DNA of 64,000 nucleotides from a virus. Made by a program: the position numbers and the translations under genes. The notes under the pieces are model-generated. The model was not told where the DNA came from. It ran no database searches and worked only from the letters and a program-made list of their open reading frames with translations. Location: positions 5,938 through 69,937 of IMG/VR virus record IMGVR_UViG_3300027983_000011; one strand, given 5' to 3'. This document shows, one piece after another, positions 1 to 9,807 of the stretch (position 1 is its first letter; each line of letters starts with the position of its first letter).

Positions 1-1025
1 ATCATTGTTACACTTGAAATAAAGACTGCATCATCTTTATAGAATAAACCAGCTGTCCCGGCTAACTCATGGTAATAACTCTCATCTGCAAAGATATATG
101 GAACGCCCACACTCATTCCGTCCGTTGCACTAACACTCCAACCGGCGTATTTCTGTTTACCACAGACACCGACGATGCAACCGCCTAAATGACTAAGATA
201 TTCATATCGGGTCGCATTCATGCCAATATCAATATAATCTCTATCACATTGTTCGGCAAGCGGAACCCAGACTCTAAAATCTTGACGAATTGCCCAAAGC
301 TTATCCATCTGTGCCAAGAACCATGGATAACTCTTATATTCATGTGGGCGGTGATTAAAAACAATTGTTTTAGTTCCCTTCACAATCTTACCGTAATCAG
401 GAACTTCCCATCCAAGGTATTGTGGAACAACTATTTCGTTTAATTTTTCAATAAACGATTTGTCAAAATGTTTAGCGGCGTGTTTTAATACCAGTGCTTT
501 CTGAGCATCTGTATTAATCCCGCACATCTGCGTCTCAGCCAATCCGAGAAAATTGTGGTCAATCAGCGACATTGGATACTCTGTAATTTCCGGGAATTCC
601 GTCCAATGAGTATAACCGAGGAATGCAGGCTTTAAATTTGTTGTATTATAAATAACATTTTTTACTTGAAGGGTGTGTTCTGGTAGATGACTATAAATCA
701 AATCAAAGTCGTTATTTTTCCAATCAAGCACTTTTAGAAATGCCACTGTATCAAAATGACATCGCATCTGATTCGGATAAGTCGGTAGGGAATAAATAAT
801 CTGGTCAATGTTATCTCTATTAAAAATAAACAATTTCTCGGGTAATAATAGTGTCCAATGAATGTCTTTACGAACTTTCTCCAAGTTTGTTATAATATTG
901 TTTATAACAATTACAAAACTATCCTTGTTCAAATCTTTTGCCCACGTAATATTTGGATAAACTAGTACCTTATAGGGGTAAGACTTTGTGGAATCCTTCT
1001 CGTCTGAAAAATCAAAGATATTCAT
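1..1025 (-). CDS. GT-B fold (GT4-like) glycosyltransferase, 3' end runs off window
   Basis: Not in the ORF track. Manual translation from ATG at 1025: MNIFDFSDEKDSTKSYPYKVLVYPNIT...IYSHLPEH...IVFNHRPHEYKSYPWF...YAGWSVSATDGMSVGVPYIF, resembling the GT-B donor-binding helix. Open to position 1; TTGACA promoter at about 1060-1065. Confidence 0.65.
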   Translation of the reverse strand, partial: MNIFDFSDEKDSTKSYPYKVLVYPNITWAKDLNKDSFVIVINNIITNLEKVRKDIHWTLLLPEKLFIFNRDNIDQIIYSLPTYPNQMRCHFDTVAFLKVLDWKNNDFDLIYSHLPEHTLQVKNVIYNTTNLKPAFLGYTHWTEFPEITEYPMSLIDHNFLGLAETQMCGINTDAQKALVLKHAAKHFDKSFIEKLNEIVVPQYLGWEVPDYGKIVKGTKTIVFNHRPHEYKSYPWFLAQMDKLWAIRQDFRVWVPLAEQCDRDYIDIGMNATRYEYLSHLGGCIVGVCGKQKYAGWSVSATDGMSVGVPYIFADESYYHELAGTAGLFYKDDAVFISSVTM

Positions 1026-1079
1026 ATTTTATGAACATCATGATACAACTGACCCAATTTGTCAATTTGTAATAACTCG

Positions 1080-1165
1080 TCACGTCCTCGGCCGGCCCAC
1101 CATCATTTTTGTATAAGGATGACCACCAATTTCTCTAACGTAGGTTCCATCACCGTTCCATTTAA
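1080..1165 (-). pseudogene. 3' fragment of phage gene interrupted by the IS200/IS605 element
   Basis: Reads (I)KWNGDGTYVREIGGHPYTKMMVGRPRT*; joins in frame to ...VLKGKE(I) at 2848 when 1166-2847 is removed. Confidence 0.8.
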
Positions 1166-1186
1166 TAAATGACAGAAAGAATTCCC

Positions 1187-1612
1187 CTAAGTCTTTAGCT
1201 TAGGGGATGAATTTCTGCCTTGATTTTGTATGTAGTTTTCTATAGTTTCTAAAGACATTTCCTCGCAGGTGGATATGAAATATCCATCGGACCAAAATGT
1301 TTTTTCTTTCCAAAAGTGCAATTTCAAAATATTTGGAATAATTTTCCACACTAAGATTGTTGTTTCTTGTTTTATTTTTCTAACTATTTGCAGTGGAGAT
1401 AGTTTTGGGGCAGAGTTTATCAATATATGGATATGATTATTATCAAATCCAACGTAGTCAATAGAAAAATCAAGAAAAGTTTGATTGAAATAACAACGTA
1501 AAATATCACATAACCAAATGTCCAACAATGACTTTCTATATTTGACAACTAAAATAATATGATATTTTATCAAGAATTTTGCATGATTTTTAGAAAAATA
1601 AGATGTTTTCAT
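1187..1612 (-). CDS. tnpA: IS200/IS605 Y1 HUH transposase TnpA
   Basis: YHIILVVKYRK, HIH (HUH motif), FWSDGYFIST...ENYIQNQ catalytic Tyr helix. Confidence 0.93.
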   Translation of the reverse strand: MKTSYFSKNHAKFLIKYHIILVVKYRKSLLDIWLCDILRCYFNQTFLDFSIDYVGFDNNHIHILINSAPKLSPLQIVRKIKQETTILVWKIIPNILKLHFWKEKTFWSDGYFISTCEEMSLETIENYIQNQGRNSSPKLKT

Positions 1613-1636
1613 CTAAATCGATGATATGTATAGTGG

Positions 1637-2836
1637 ATGTTCAAGTCAACCAAATATCGCTTATACCCAAACAAAGAACAAAAGGTTCTTTTGGATAAGC
1701 ATTTTGGATGCGTAAGATTTATCTACAATTTTGGATTGGAATTAAAAAATAAAACATATCAAGAGACAGGAAAATCTATTTCCAGATATGAAATTCAAGC
1801 TAAAATTCCAATTCTCAAAAAGGAAAAAGGATTTCTAAAAGACGTAAATTCATTATCTCTACAAGCCTCACTTGTCAATTTAGATAATGCGTTTTCAAAA
1901 TTCTTCAAAAAGACCGCCGATTATCCGAATTTCAAATCCAAACATATATCGCGGGATTCATTTCAAGTGGTTCAAAATGTAAAAGTAATCGGTAATAAAT
2001 TATTTATTCCAAAATTCAAACAAGGAATTGAGGTTGTTATATCCCGTCCGATAATCGGAGAAATAAAGACTTGCACTGTTTCTAAATCGCCCTCTGGAAA
2101 ATATTTCATTTCAATTTTGACTGACACCGGTATTGAAATTCCTACCCAACTTCCACTAAATTTAGATAAATCTATTGGGTTGGATGTTGGGATAAAAACA
2201 TTTGTTACATTATCAACCGGAGAAAAAATTGATAATCCAAAATGGATTTCAAAATCTGCTAAAAAACTGCATAGACAACAGAGAATTATGTCTCGTAGAA
2301 ATAAACAGTCAAAACGTAGAGATAAACAAAGACAAATAGTTGCTGTCATTCACGAGAAAATAGCAAACCAAAGAAAAGACTTTCATCATAAAATAAGTAA
2401 AAATATCGTTGACGAGAACCAAGTCATTTGTATTGAAGACCTTTCTATAAAAAATATGATTAAAAATAGGAGACTGTCAAAAGCAATCTCCGATTGTGGA
2501 TGGGGACAATTCTTGTCTTTCATTCAATACAAAGCAAAATGGAAAGGTCATACTATCATAAAAATAGGAAGATTCGAACCATCATCGAAGATGTGCTCAT
2601 GCGGCAAAATAAATAACAATCTAAAACAGTCCGATAGAACATGGAAATGTTCTTGTGGATTGGAACATGATAGAGATATATTAGCAGCAAATAACATCAA
2701 GAAATTTGCTTTGTTGAAACCAAACTTTGTAGGGCAGGAACTGCCCGAAATTACGCTCGGGGAGAGTGGCAATATCATTAAAAATGATCTAAAATGCTGC
2801 TCAACGAACCGAGAATCCGTTAGGTCTTTAGCCTAG
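1637..2836 (+). CDS. tnpB: RNA-guided endonuclease TnpB
   Basis: KYRLYPNKEQ HTH, RuvC I GLDVGIK, RuvC II IEDL, zinc finger CSCG...CSCG, RuvC III HDRDILAANNI. Confidence 0.95.
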   Translation: MFKSTKYRLYPNKEQKVLLDKHFGCVRFIYNFGLELKNKTYQETGKSISRYEIQAKIPILKKEKGFLKDVNSLSLQASLVNLDNAFSKFFKKTADYPNFKSKHISRDSFQVVQNVKVIGNKLFIPKFKQGIEVVISRPIIGEIKTCTVSKSPSGKYFISILTDTGIEIPTQLPLNLDKSIGLDVGIKTFVTLSTGEKIDNPKWISKSAKKLHRQQRIMSRRNKQSKRRDKQRQIVAVIHEKIANQRKDFHHKISKNIVDENQVICIEDLSIKNMIKNRRLSKAISDCGWGQFLSFIQYKAKWKGHTIIKIGRFEPSSKMCSCGKINNNLKQSDRTWKCSCGLEHDRDILAANNIKKFALLKPNFVGQELPEITLGESGNIIKNDLKCCSTNRESVRSLA

Positions 2837-2847
2837 CGGTAGTTCAA

Positions 2848-3196
2848 TTTCTTTTCCCTTTAATACTCTTTCTACAGTGTCCTTATCATCGACAACGGGA
2901 ACGCCATTTTTTAATAAAATGTCTTGTATTTTCCCGGAGACCTCGGAAAAATAACCCACCATGCCGAGTAATTCTATTTTGTGTCTAATTATAGAACGAA
3001 TTGCCTCTTTCGAACCATCATGTGCAGTTGCCACAAACTTTTTTCCTGCGTGGGTATGCTTGATAACACCAACCGCGTCTGGCAGTTCATCGGAATTGAC
3101 ATCTATAACTTCATAATCGTTTTTTGGATTCTCCACATCTTTTGGAGATTTGAAATTTGGATGCCCGCCGACTGATTTATACGTTCTATTGTCAAG
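2848..3196 (-). pseudogene. 5' part of IS-disrupted conserved phage hypothetical gene, also lacking its original start
   Basis: Frame is open from a TAA at 3197-3199 (LDNRTYKSVGGHPNFKSPKDVENPK...) with no ATG before the GTG at 3136; continues at 1165 after the IS. Confidence 0.65.
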
Positions 3197-3205
3197 TTAA
3201 TTAAG

Positions 3206-3604
3206 CTACGGAGTCGGAGTCGGAGTCGGGGTCGGAGTCGGAGTCGGGCCACCAGCGGTTGGTGTAGGTGTAGCAGTAGGCGCTGGAGTGTCAGTAGGTG
3301 CTGGGGTTAGTGTCGGATCAGCAAACAATACACTAAATGTATTCAACGTTGTCAATAATTTCCATCCAGTTTTTGACAAACTACCACTCTTAGAATAAGT
3401 ATAGGGTGTTATATCAGTTGCTCTAACCTTTTCCCATTCTCCCGGAACTCTTCGCGGAACGAAAGTAACGTCTACCCATGACCCAGTTCCACTCACATTT
3501 ACTCTGTGAAATGTATCTTTTGAGTAAAAAAGACCACCGTTGTCAGCCGAAACTAGACCTTCTGGTGAACCGCTGACGGGATATGTGTTATAATAGACGA
3601 CCAT
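3206..3604 (-). CDS. Small probable virion protein with C-terminal Pro-Thr repeat
   Basis: 132 aa ending PTPAPTDTPAPTATPTPT...PTPTP; late-type motif 8 nt upstream. Confidence 0.6.
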   Translation of the reverse strand: MVVYYNTYPVSGSPEGLVSADNGGLFYSKDTFHRVNVSGTGSWVDVTFVPRRVPGEWEKVRATDITPYTYSKSGSLSKTGWKLLTTLNTFSVLFADPTLTPAPTDTPAPTATPTPTAGGPTPTPTPTPTPTP

Positions 3605-3924
3605 TTACCCCAATAAATATTGGGTAATCGCCTTATTATCTAATTCAGACCTTAATTTTTGAGGACCATATTAGGCTCAGTACCCGAACGAACAGCTTCT
3701 AGTTGAATAGCATATCTCCGTTCCATCTTCGTTCCACCTCCTCAAATTCGGCCAGCACTTTGTAAAATTTAAGTTTTTTCTTCACCCGTCAGGTGCTCTG
3801 ACTGTGCAGAAGCATGTCATTAAAAGCTTCTACCAATCCTTTGGCTTTTCGATTTAACTTCGACCGCTCGGTTTCCATTAGTTCATGTCTATCGATTTTC
3901 CATTTTTCTTTCATGGGTATGTTA

Positions 3925-5124
3925 TTATCTACCAACTTCTCCGAAAAATTCTTTATTGGCTTTCGTGTAAGACATGTCAATCATTGTATTATAATAAAGA
4001 ACATCACCTTTGAGTCGGTTCTCATCGTGTAATTTAGAATACCGCTTGATTGCCTTAGCTCTCCACCACTCAACCATAGTACTAGAATCACCCTCAAAAC
4101 GCTTTGTGAGTTTCAATTGTGCTTCGTCCGTCAACCGTTTACATAGAAAGTCTCTCGTATTCTCATAAAATGAAGCATAATAGACGCCTCGTTCAAATCC
4201 GTGGTTATATTTGGAGGCTTTGATGCCAAGTTCACGAAAGATAATTTCAAGAATCCGTTGTTTTACTCCAGTAACGGGACCTGTGTTATTTCCGTCTTTC
4301 TTTACGGTCTTTCTCTCATATTCCTCCGCACGGTTTTCTTTGATATAGTTGTGCCACATTTCATAATAACTATTGTCAGGTTTGATTGAAATTTTACCAG
4401 CGGAGCACCCACATCCGTGCCAATGGGGAATTCCACAATACATTGAGTTAGGACCATATAGACTGGTTGTAGTCATTCCTACAAGGGTTTTACCAACAAC
4501 CTGCTTCCATATATCACGAACATACTTTGATAGCACAAGGGAAGCTATCAGTTTTCCGCCAAGAAAATTATAACCAAACGGTTGAGTTCCCATAATGCAA
4601 CTACCAATGGCTGAATGAATGAGCATTTTATCTTTGATGCGATTCTCCGTGGTCCACCCAAGGTGTTTATCACGACACGTTAGAGCCATAACATCATTGC
4701 TGATAGACGTGGCTCCTAAATATTTTCCCGTGTTATCATCAATAATTAAGAATCGAATAAAACGACCGGGGGTTTGATCGTAAGCCATTGTATGACAAAA
4801 TATACGAATCATTAACCAATCTTCCATGTGCGTCTTATTCGTCGGTTCCACATAAAATATACGTGGTTTCATATCTCGGATTTCCTGCAAGGTCTGTTCC
4901 TTGTTAGTAATATCCATTGGCCGATAAATCTTTGCTTTAACTTCTTCGGATTTTGAAGCTGAATCTCTATAATTCTTAACCTCCACCCACTTCTTATAAA
5001 ATACACTCTCTTCTACAGACATAGTTTTTAACTTGTCCATATGAGCAATAAATTTAATTTTCTCCGCCTCATGGTCGAACACGGTTTGCTCGAAAAATAT
5101 ATCTGCTGAATTTACTTTACTCAT
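3925..5124 (-). CDS. DruA/DUF4338-like protein
   Basis: PGRFIRFLIID..GKYLG, RDKHLGW, QPFGYNFLGGKLIA, TTTSLYG..SMY match the DruA-like family from memory. Confidence 0.65.
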   Translation of the reverse strand: MSKVNSADIFFEQTVFDHEAEKIKFIAHMDKLKTMSVEESVFYKKWVEVKNYRDSASKSEEVKAKIYRPMDITNKEQTLQEIRDMKPRIFYVEPTNKTHMEDWLMIRIFCHTMAYDQTPGRFIRFLIIDDNTGKYLGATSISNDVMALTCRDKHLGWTTENRIKDKMLIHSAIGSCIMGTQPFGYNFLGGKLIASLVLSKYVRDIWKQVVGKTLVGMTTTSLYGPNSMYCGIPHWHGCGCSAGKISIKPDNSYYEMWHNYIKENRAEEYERKTVKKDGNNTGPVTGVKQRILEIIFRELGIKASKYNHGFERGVYYASFYENTRDFLCKRLTDEAQLKLTKRFEGDSSTMVEWWRAKAIKRYSKLHDENRLKGDVLYYNTMIDMSYTKANKEFFGEVGR

Positions 5125-5342
5125 TTTTTATCTTCGTCTTCTTCATTCTGAACAACTAGTTCAACCGAATCTGAATTCACTGGCCAACCATGGATAATAA
5201 TTGGTAGTGCGGTAACGAGCAATGTGAATAGATTAATCAATTTCACAAAAATAGCAGTTATCAGCGATGATATAATTAAGATAAAAGAAACCTGTAGAAA
5301 GGCTGACCAGCTGTTGAACAGTGTAATGAATTCAATATACAT
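5121..5342 (-). CDS. Small membrane protein
   Basis: Long hydrophobic segment, acidic tail; sigma70-like promoter just upstream. Confidence 0.5.
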   Translation of the reverse strand: MYIEFITLFNSWSAFLQVSFILIISSLITAIFVKLINLFTLLVTALPIIIHGWPVNSDSVELVVQNEEDEDKK

Positions 5343-5373
5343 AATGATATTAGACCATATATCGTATGGATTG

Positions 5374-5559
5374 TCAACTATTTAAACCCATTGTATGAAA
5401 GAATGGGATAATTAAATCGTTGTCGGTCTTCGCATAAATGATATATTTTCCATCGATTATAGATTCTTCCGTGCTCACGATTTTTATATCATCAAAGAAG
5501 GTTTCTGGCAGTTTATCTAAATCGATAAATATTGCCGCTTGTTTTTCCTCATCATTCAT
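5374..5559 (-). CDS. Hypothetical protein
   Basis: 61 aa ORF abutting the upstream ORF. Confidence 0.45.
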   Translation of the reverse strand: MNDEEKQAAIFIDLDKLPETFFDDIKIVSTEESIIDGKYIIYAKTDNDLIIPFFHTMGLNS

Positions 5560-5853
5560 TTAATTTTTTTCGTTTTCTATAACTTTTTTGATTTTAGAAG
5601 AAGCTACCGTTTCTTTATTTGGTTTGTATACCCTCTTCATTTTCCAACCACTCCTGTTATCTAACTCAAAATAAAATATTGTAGCTTTATTTGACAGTCT
5701 CGAAATTGTCGCACCGACAAAATTATTTGATCCATACGCCAGAGGCGTGCTCATAGTTGAGTCGAACAATGAGTAAGTGCTCGCACTTAGTTTAAAATGA
5801 AAAAATAAATCTTCTGTCAGTTCAATCTTTTTTGGATATGGTGGTGGTCGCAT
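5560..5853 (-). CDS. Hypothetical protein
   Basis: 97 aa ORF with sense TATTTATA 3 nt before the ATG. Confidence 0.55.
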   Translation of the reverse strand: MRPPPYPKKIELTEDLFFHFKLSASTYSLFDSTMSTPLAYGSNNFVGATISRLSNKATIFYFELDNRSGWKMKRVYKPNKETVASSKIKKVIENEKN

Positions 5854-5867
5854 GTGTATAAATATAA

Positions 5868-5897
5868 AAGGCCGGCGACTTTGAAGTCGCCGGCCTT
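5868..5897 (-). terminator. Intrinsic terminator
   Basis: Perfect inverted repeat AAGGCCGGCGACTT-TG-AAGTCGCCGGCCTT, T-run on the minus strand, after the rIIA-rIIB-HTH genes. Confidence 0.8.
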
Positions 5898-5919
5898 GTG
5901 AAGAACCCCTTCTTCTTAA

Positions 5920-6297
5920 TTAAACAGCTACTTGAGCCGTTTGAGTCTTTGCAACCGGCGTTGCTACCGTAGTAGGTGTTTTGACAACCTCTACTTTTAC
6001 GTCGGTCACACCAACCTCAGCCTTTTTATCTACCGAGAAAGGTAGAACTCCTGAGGCTGTTGCAGCTTCAAGAACAGACTTTGCTGAATTCGCCTTTGCG
6101 AAGACGAGTCGTGGACGACCAATTGCGGGCTTAATCTTTCCAATGACGGAAATCTCATTATTGTCAATCGCCTTCTGAAGTCGAAAGCGGAGGGTGATGT
6201 TAATCATTGAGGGATACTTCCGCTGAGCATCTTCGATTGTGAAGTGTTTGTCAGAAGGCCACTCAATTACTGTAGTATTACGTTTGGTATTTGCCAT
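5920..6297 (-). CDS. Putative winged-helix DNA-binding protein
   Basis: FTIEDAQ...ITLRFRLQKAIDNNEISVIGKIKPAIGRPRLVF: helix plus wing with GRP motif. Confidence 0.55.
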   Translation of the reverse strand: MANTKRNTTVIEWPSDKHFTIEDAQRKYPSMINITLRFRLQKAIDNNEISVIGKIKPAIGRPRLVFAKANSAKSVLEAATASGVLPFSVDKKAEVGVTDVKVEVVKTPTTVATPVAKTQTAQVAV

Positions 6298-6312
6298 AAG
6301 TGTATTTGTTAA

Positions 6313-7494
6313 TTATTCTTTTCCATTGTATCCCGAACGGTATCCGTCAAGGAAATAAGTAGACTCGTAAGAACAGGGCGAGAATTCGATATCGTTTTCC
6401 CAATCGGCCTGCCCGGCCTCAACGCCACGAAGATATTCAGTTTCGGTCCAATCCGTAGTGTAGGACTCAACATCTTCATCGTCTGTATCACTGTCATATG
6501 GCCGCCAATTATAAGCACTGTCATATGGCCGCCCATTATAAGCGTCATTATATCCGTTGGAATAGTTAGATTTTGGCGTGTGATTCTTTCGTCCAAAACC
6601 GTATGCCTCACCATCATCACGGGCGGTGATTCCATCACCCCAACCCGCATTGTAATCGTCTTCGAAATCGTCTTCGAAATCGTCTTCATCACGATCGGGG
6701 GCGAGGACAGTTGCAGACGAAGTATAAACAACCTTTTCGAGTTCTTTTACAACGTCCTTGATTTCAGAAACAACCGTGTAGGTTGATACACGCATCTTCG
6801 TGTGGTCAGCATACTTTGGAACGCTTACAACGTCTTTGGGATTGACCTTGACGATTAGCAGGCGATTTCCACTTTCACCAACTGACTGACCTTTGACAAA
6901 GTGACCAAACTCGATAACGTAACCAAGAGATCCACAGTGTAATCCATTAGAACAGTCTGCCTCATAGTTGTCGTCAACCAGTCCACGGAGCATCACCGGT
7001 GACTTACCGATGTGGTTGTCAAAAGTCCCTGTATGAATATCCGTATAGTTGTTGCGAACCGCCTTATAGGCCAGAAAACAACCATCGTCCGTAATTGGGA
7101 GGCCATGATTTTCGAGGAAAGTGTAAGTTTCGTCAATTGAACGCCGTGATGGATTCGCCAACATGTTCTCAAGGAACTTGAGCATGTGGTCAAACTTGAA
7201 ACCCTCATTCATCATAGCTATAACACGAGCGGTAAGAGTATTATGAAGTGCGGTTTGGCCAAAGTAAATTTGTCCATCTTTGACCTGAACTTGATTGCCA
7301 GTATAACTGATAACAGCTCTGGAGATATTAACCAACAGGTCGATATTATCAAACTTACCGGCCTTTAGGGCATCCACAATCTTTGTAAAATTAGGATGGT
7401 CATTTTCAACTGTCATGGTCTCACCATTGAGATACATGCTGATGCTTCCATCTGTCTTTAGAACATAAGGAACGTGTTTAATTTTATTACTCAT
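6313..7494 (-). CDS. rIIB: rIIB-like protein with acidic repetitive C-terminus
   Basis: LPITDDGCFLAYKAV, CSNGLHCGS..Y, VKVNPKDVVSVP, KMRV..Y.VV; directly downstream of rIIA. Confidence 0.85.
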   Translation of the reverse strand: MSNKIKHVPYVLKTDGSISMYLNGETMTVENDHPNFTKIVDALKAGKFDNIDLLVNISRAVISYTGNQVQVKDGQIYFGQTALHNTLTARVIAMMNEGFKFDHMLKFLENMLANPSRRSIDETYTFLENHGLPITDDGCFLAYKAVRNNYTDIHTGTFDNHIGKSPVMLRGLVDDNYEADCSNGLHCGSLGYVIEFGHFVKGQSVGESGNRLLIVKVNPKDVVSVPKYADHTKMRVSTYTVVSEIKDVVKELEKVVYTSSATVLAPDRDEDDFEDDFEDDYNAGWGDGITARDDGEAYGFGRKNHTPKSNYSNGYNDAYNGRPYDSAYNWRPYDSDTDDEDVESYTTDWTETEYLRGVEAGQADWENDIEFSPCSYESTYFLDGYRSGYNGKE

Positions 7495-7546
7495 AATTTT
7501 TGTTATTTTTTAACTGTCATTATACTATGTTACTATACAAAATATG

Positions 7547-9724
7547 TCAACTGTTTTTATCGATGAAGTTAATAATGCTGGCCACACTAGCGGCACTGCT
7601 ATGATAATTGTTAACAATATCAAATATCCCCATATACTTCGTGGTGATATCCTTAGCAACATCGCCAATATCATCGACAAACGTGGCTGATTTCTCAGCT
7701 TTAATTCCGAAGACTTGTGCTATAATATCATCTTTTCCAACAACTTGTTCAAAGTTTTGAGATTTTTCAAGACGCCGGAATTTTTCTACAGTATCCTTAT
7801 TATCGATATTGGAAATAATATCTTGCCTACTGCATCGGCTGGCTAGATCAGAATACTTCCGACATTCTGGCAGATACGTATTTTTAATATACAACTGATG
7901 AGCAAAATGAGCCGTCTTTTTATCAATGTTCTTTTTGACTAGATCGATGACATTGACCCACGTACCGGTCTTGAGCATAAAAACGTTTTTACGGTTGATT
8001 CCGTAGATTTCCGCTTTTGCATCAATGAGTTTATGTTCAACGGCATACTTGAAAAGGCAGGTGATTTGGCGCTTGGAAAGCTCCTTGGTTTTATACGTCA
8101 CATCAGAATAATAAAAATCAACATAATAATACGACTTTGTAGAAGAGACCGTCAGTGCCCGATGATCCCAATATTCAAAGTCCATATTATAGAAGTGAAT
8201 TCCATCTGTCTTGGAAGTCGTCGGCGACCGAGGAGCGCGTGGTGGCTTCGGCAACGATTCAATCTCAACCATTTGGCTTGCGTCCCACCCAAAAAACTTG
8301 GCATGGGCCTTAAAAACTTGCCCGCCGACCGATTGGTCTGAGATGATGTAAATTTGTGGATGATCACCACCCGGATAATTTGTTTTAATCCAGTTCCGAA
8401 TACGGGCCCGCTTGATATTATCACCAAACGTGTATAAGAATACAGTTCCATACACATCGTCACTTTGTTCTGCGATATAATGACCACTACCAACTTTACG
8501 AAACTTCGCAGTGACTCGGTTGAAATCGTATTGCTCTACTTTGAAGAATCCATAGTGTTCCTCAAATCTCTTTCCCGTCGGCAAGGAGTCGGCAATGCCC
8601 GATGAACGGTGGACCTCAGACACGTTACAGCTGTAGTAGGTGACATCTTTGTTACCAAATTTAATACCAACACCACCAATAATGTTAGTTATAAAATGGA
8701 GAGGACTGTTATAAGAATTGTATCGCTTGTATAGCTCCATACCGTTCCAAACACTCTTGGGCTTCTCAACCGATTTTAGCGCCAACTCTTTTAGTTCATC
8801 ATAAGCGACAAGAGCAGCAGCGATAACGGCCTTTTGAGTTTTTTGGTCGGCATCATACTGCAATTGTTCCTTGTTGGGAGCCACTTCAAGGTCGCCGATA
8901 TTGAAATATAATTCAAACGAACCATCTCCGAGACAGGTGTTGATCTTCTGATAATCAGGATTTCCATATTTATCGCCGGTAAATAGAGCACTAACATTGA
9001 TGGGATATGAATAATTTCCCATGTAGGCGTAGCTCTGATTGCTGTGTCGTTGTGAACTCTTTCGAAGCGCCCAATTCTTTCCTTCGAAATGGTATTCAAC
9101 CTTTTCATAGACGATACTCGCCCCAGTAATTATGGGACGAAAACGAAAAGGGGCGTACGCTTGGCGAATTTTGTCAACGAACATCGCAATGTCCCCCGAC
9201 TTCACTGCGAACTTAACTTCTACACCATTGTGCTCCTTCGTCATTTCAGTAGCAAACTGTAAAATATTTGGAGAGCCGGTCTCATCAATGAAACAGTTAT
9301 AGACATACTTGATTCCGTTGTAATATGAAATTACCGAAAAGTTCTCAGTATAATTGAAAGGTGTCTTCGACCCAAGACCCATACAACCATCAGAATCATT
9401 GTCGTCTGTCTTGGTGCTCTCAAAATATGTGGTATAAATTTGTTCAATTGCCTTAGGCGACAAACCGGTTCCAAAATCACGAATTGAGAACCATGGTTCC
9501 AATGTGTTAGGGGCGTGGACCTCAAACATACGATCGGTATTTTCTGCATCTACGTGACTGTCCCACGCGTTAGCACCAAGTTCACGCGGAATGGCGAGGA
9601 TGGGTTCAGAGTAAAATCCACTTAGAATTTTGAACGCCTTAGCGCTGGCTTTAATCTTAAACTTGGAAGGAGTCAGCCCAGCACTTGTGAAGACCGGCTT
9701 GGAGGTTTCTTGCGTAATAATCAT
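7547..9724 (-). CDS. rIIA: rIIA-like GHKL ATPase protein
   Basis: RELGANAWDSH, IRDFGTGL, YTTYFESTK, GCMGLGSKTPF GHKL motifs. Confidence 0.87.
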   Translation of the reverse strand: MIITQETSKPVFTSAGLTPSKFKIKASAKAFKILSGFYSEPILAIPRELGANAWDSHVDAENTDRMFEVHAPNTLEPWFSIRDFGTGLSPKAIEQIYTTYFESTKTDDNDSDGCMGLGSKTPFNYTENFSVISYYNGIKYVYNCFIDETGSPNILQFATEMTKEHNGVEVKFAVKSGDIAMFVDKIRQAYAPFRFRPIITGASIVYEKVEYHFEGKNWALRKSSQRHSNQSYAYMGNYSYPINVSALFTGDKYGNPDYQKINTCLGDGSFELYFNIGDLEVAPNKEQLQYDADQKTQKAVIAAALVAYDELKELALKSVEKPKSVWNGMELYKRYNSYNSPLHFITNIIGGVGIKFGNKDVTYYSCNVSEVHRSSGIADSLPTGKRFEEHYGFFKVEQYDFNRVTAKFRKVGSGHYIAEQSDDVYGTVFLYTFGDNIKRARIRNWIKTNYPGGDHPQIYIISDQSVGGQVFKAHAKFFGWDASQMVEIESLPKPPRAPRSPTTSKTDGIHFYNMDFEYWDHRALTVSSTKSYYYVDFYYSDVTYKTKELSKRQITCLFKYAVEHKLIDAKAEIYGINRKNVFMLKTGTWVNVIDLVKKNIDKKTAHFAHQLYIKNTYLPECRKYSDLASRCSRQDIISNIDNKDTVEKFRRLEKSQNFEQVVGKDDIIAQVFGIKAEKSATFVDDIGDVAKDITTKYMGIFDIVNNYHSSAASVASIINFIDKNS

Positions 9725-9784
9725 TTTTTAATAGTTAATTAGATTTAGGGGTTTAATTGAATAAGACTTAACAATAGGCATGTG

Positions 9785-9799
9785 TTTATAAAATGTCAA
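9785..9799 (-). promoter_or_regulatory. sigma70-like promoter with TTTATAAA box (rIIA)
   Basis: Minus strand TTGACA-TTTTATAAACACATGCC(17)-TATTGT. Confidence 0.6.
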
Positions 9800-9807
9800 T
9801 GTTTATT

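Larger units (their letters stand above)
1166..2847 (+). mobile_element. Complete IS200/IS605-family element (divergent tnpA and tnpB)
   Basis: Left-end hairpin CCCCTAAG-TCTTTAG-CTTAGGGG (1184-1206). Right-end hairpin CCGTTAGG-TCTTTAG-CCTAGCGG (2817-2839) preceded by GAAT and ending TTCAA (2847). TTTAA immediately 5' of the left end; no target duplication. Confidence 0.92.

Noticed and set aside
1166-2847. IStron (self-splicing IS)
   Set aside because: The element is fully occupied by tnpA/tnpB, leaving no room for a group I intron core, and it is antisense to the disrupted gene.
3925-5124. Complete Druantia defence system
   Set aside because: Only a DruA-like gene; no DruE helicase or other partners in the window.
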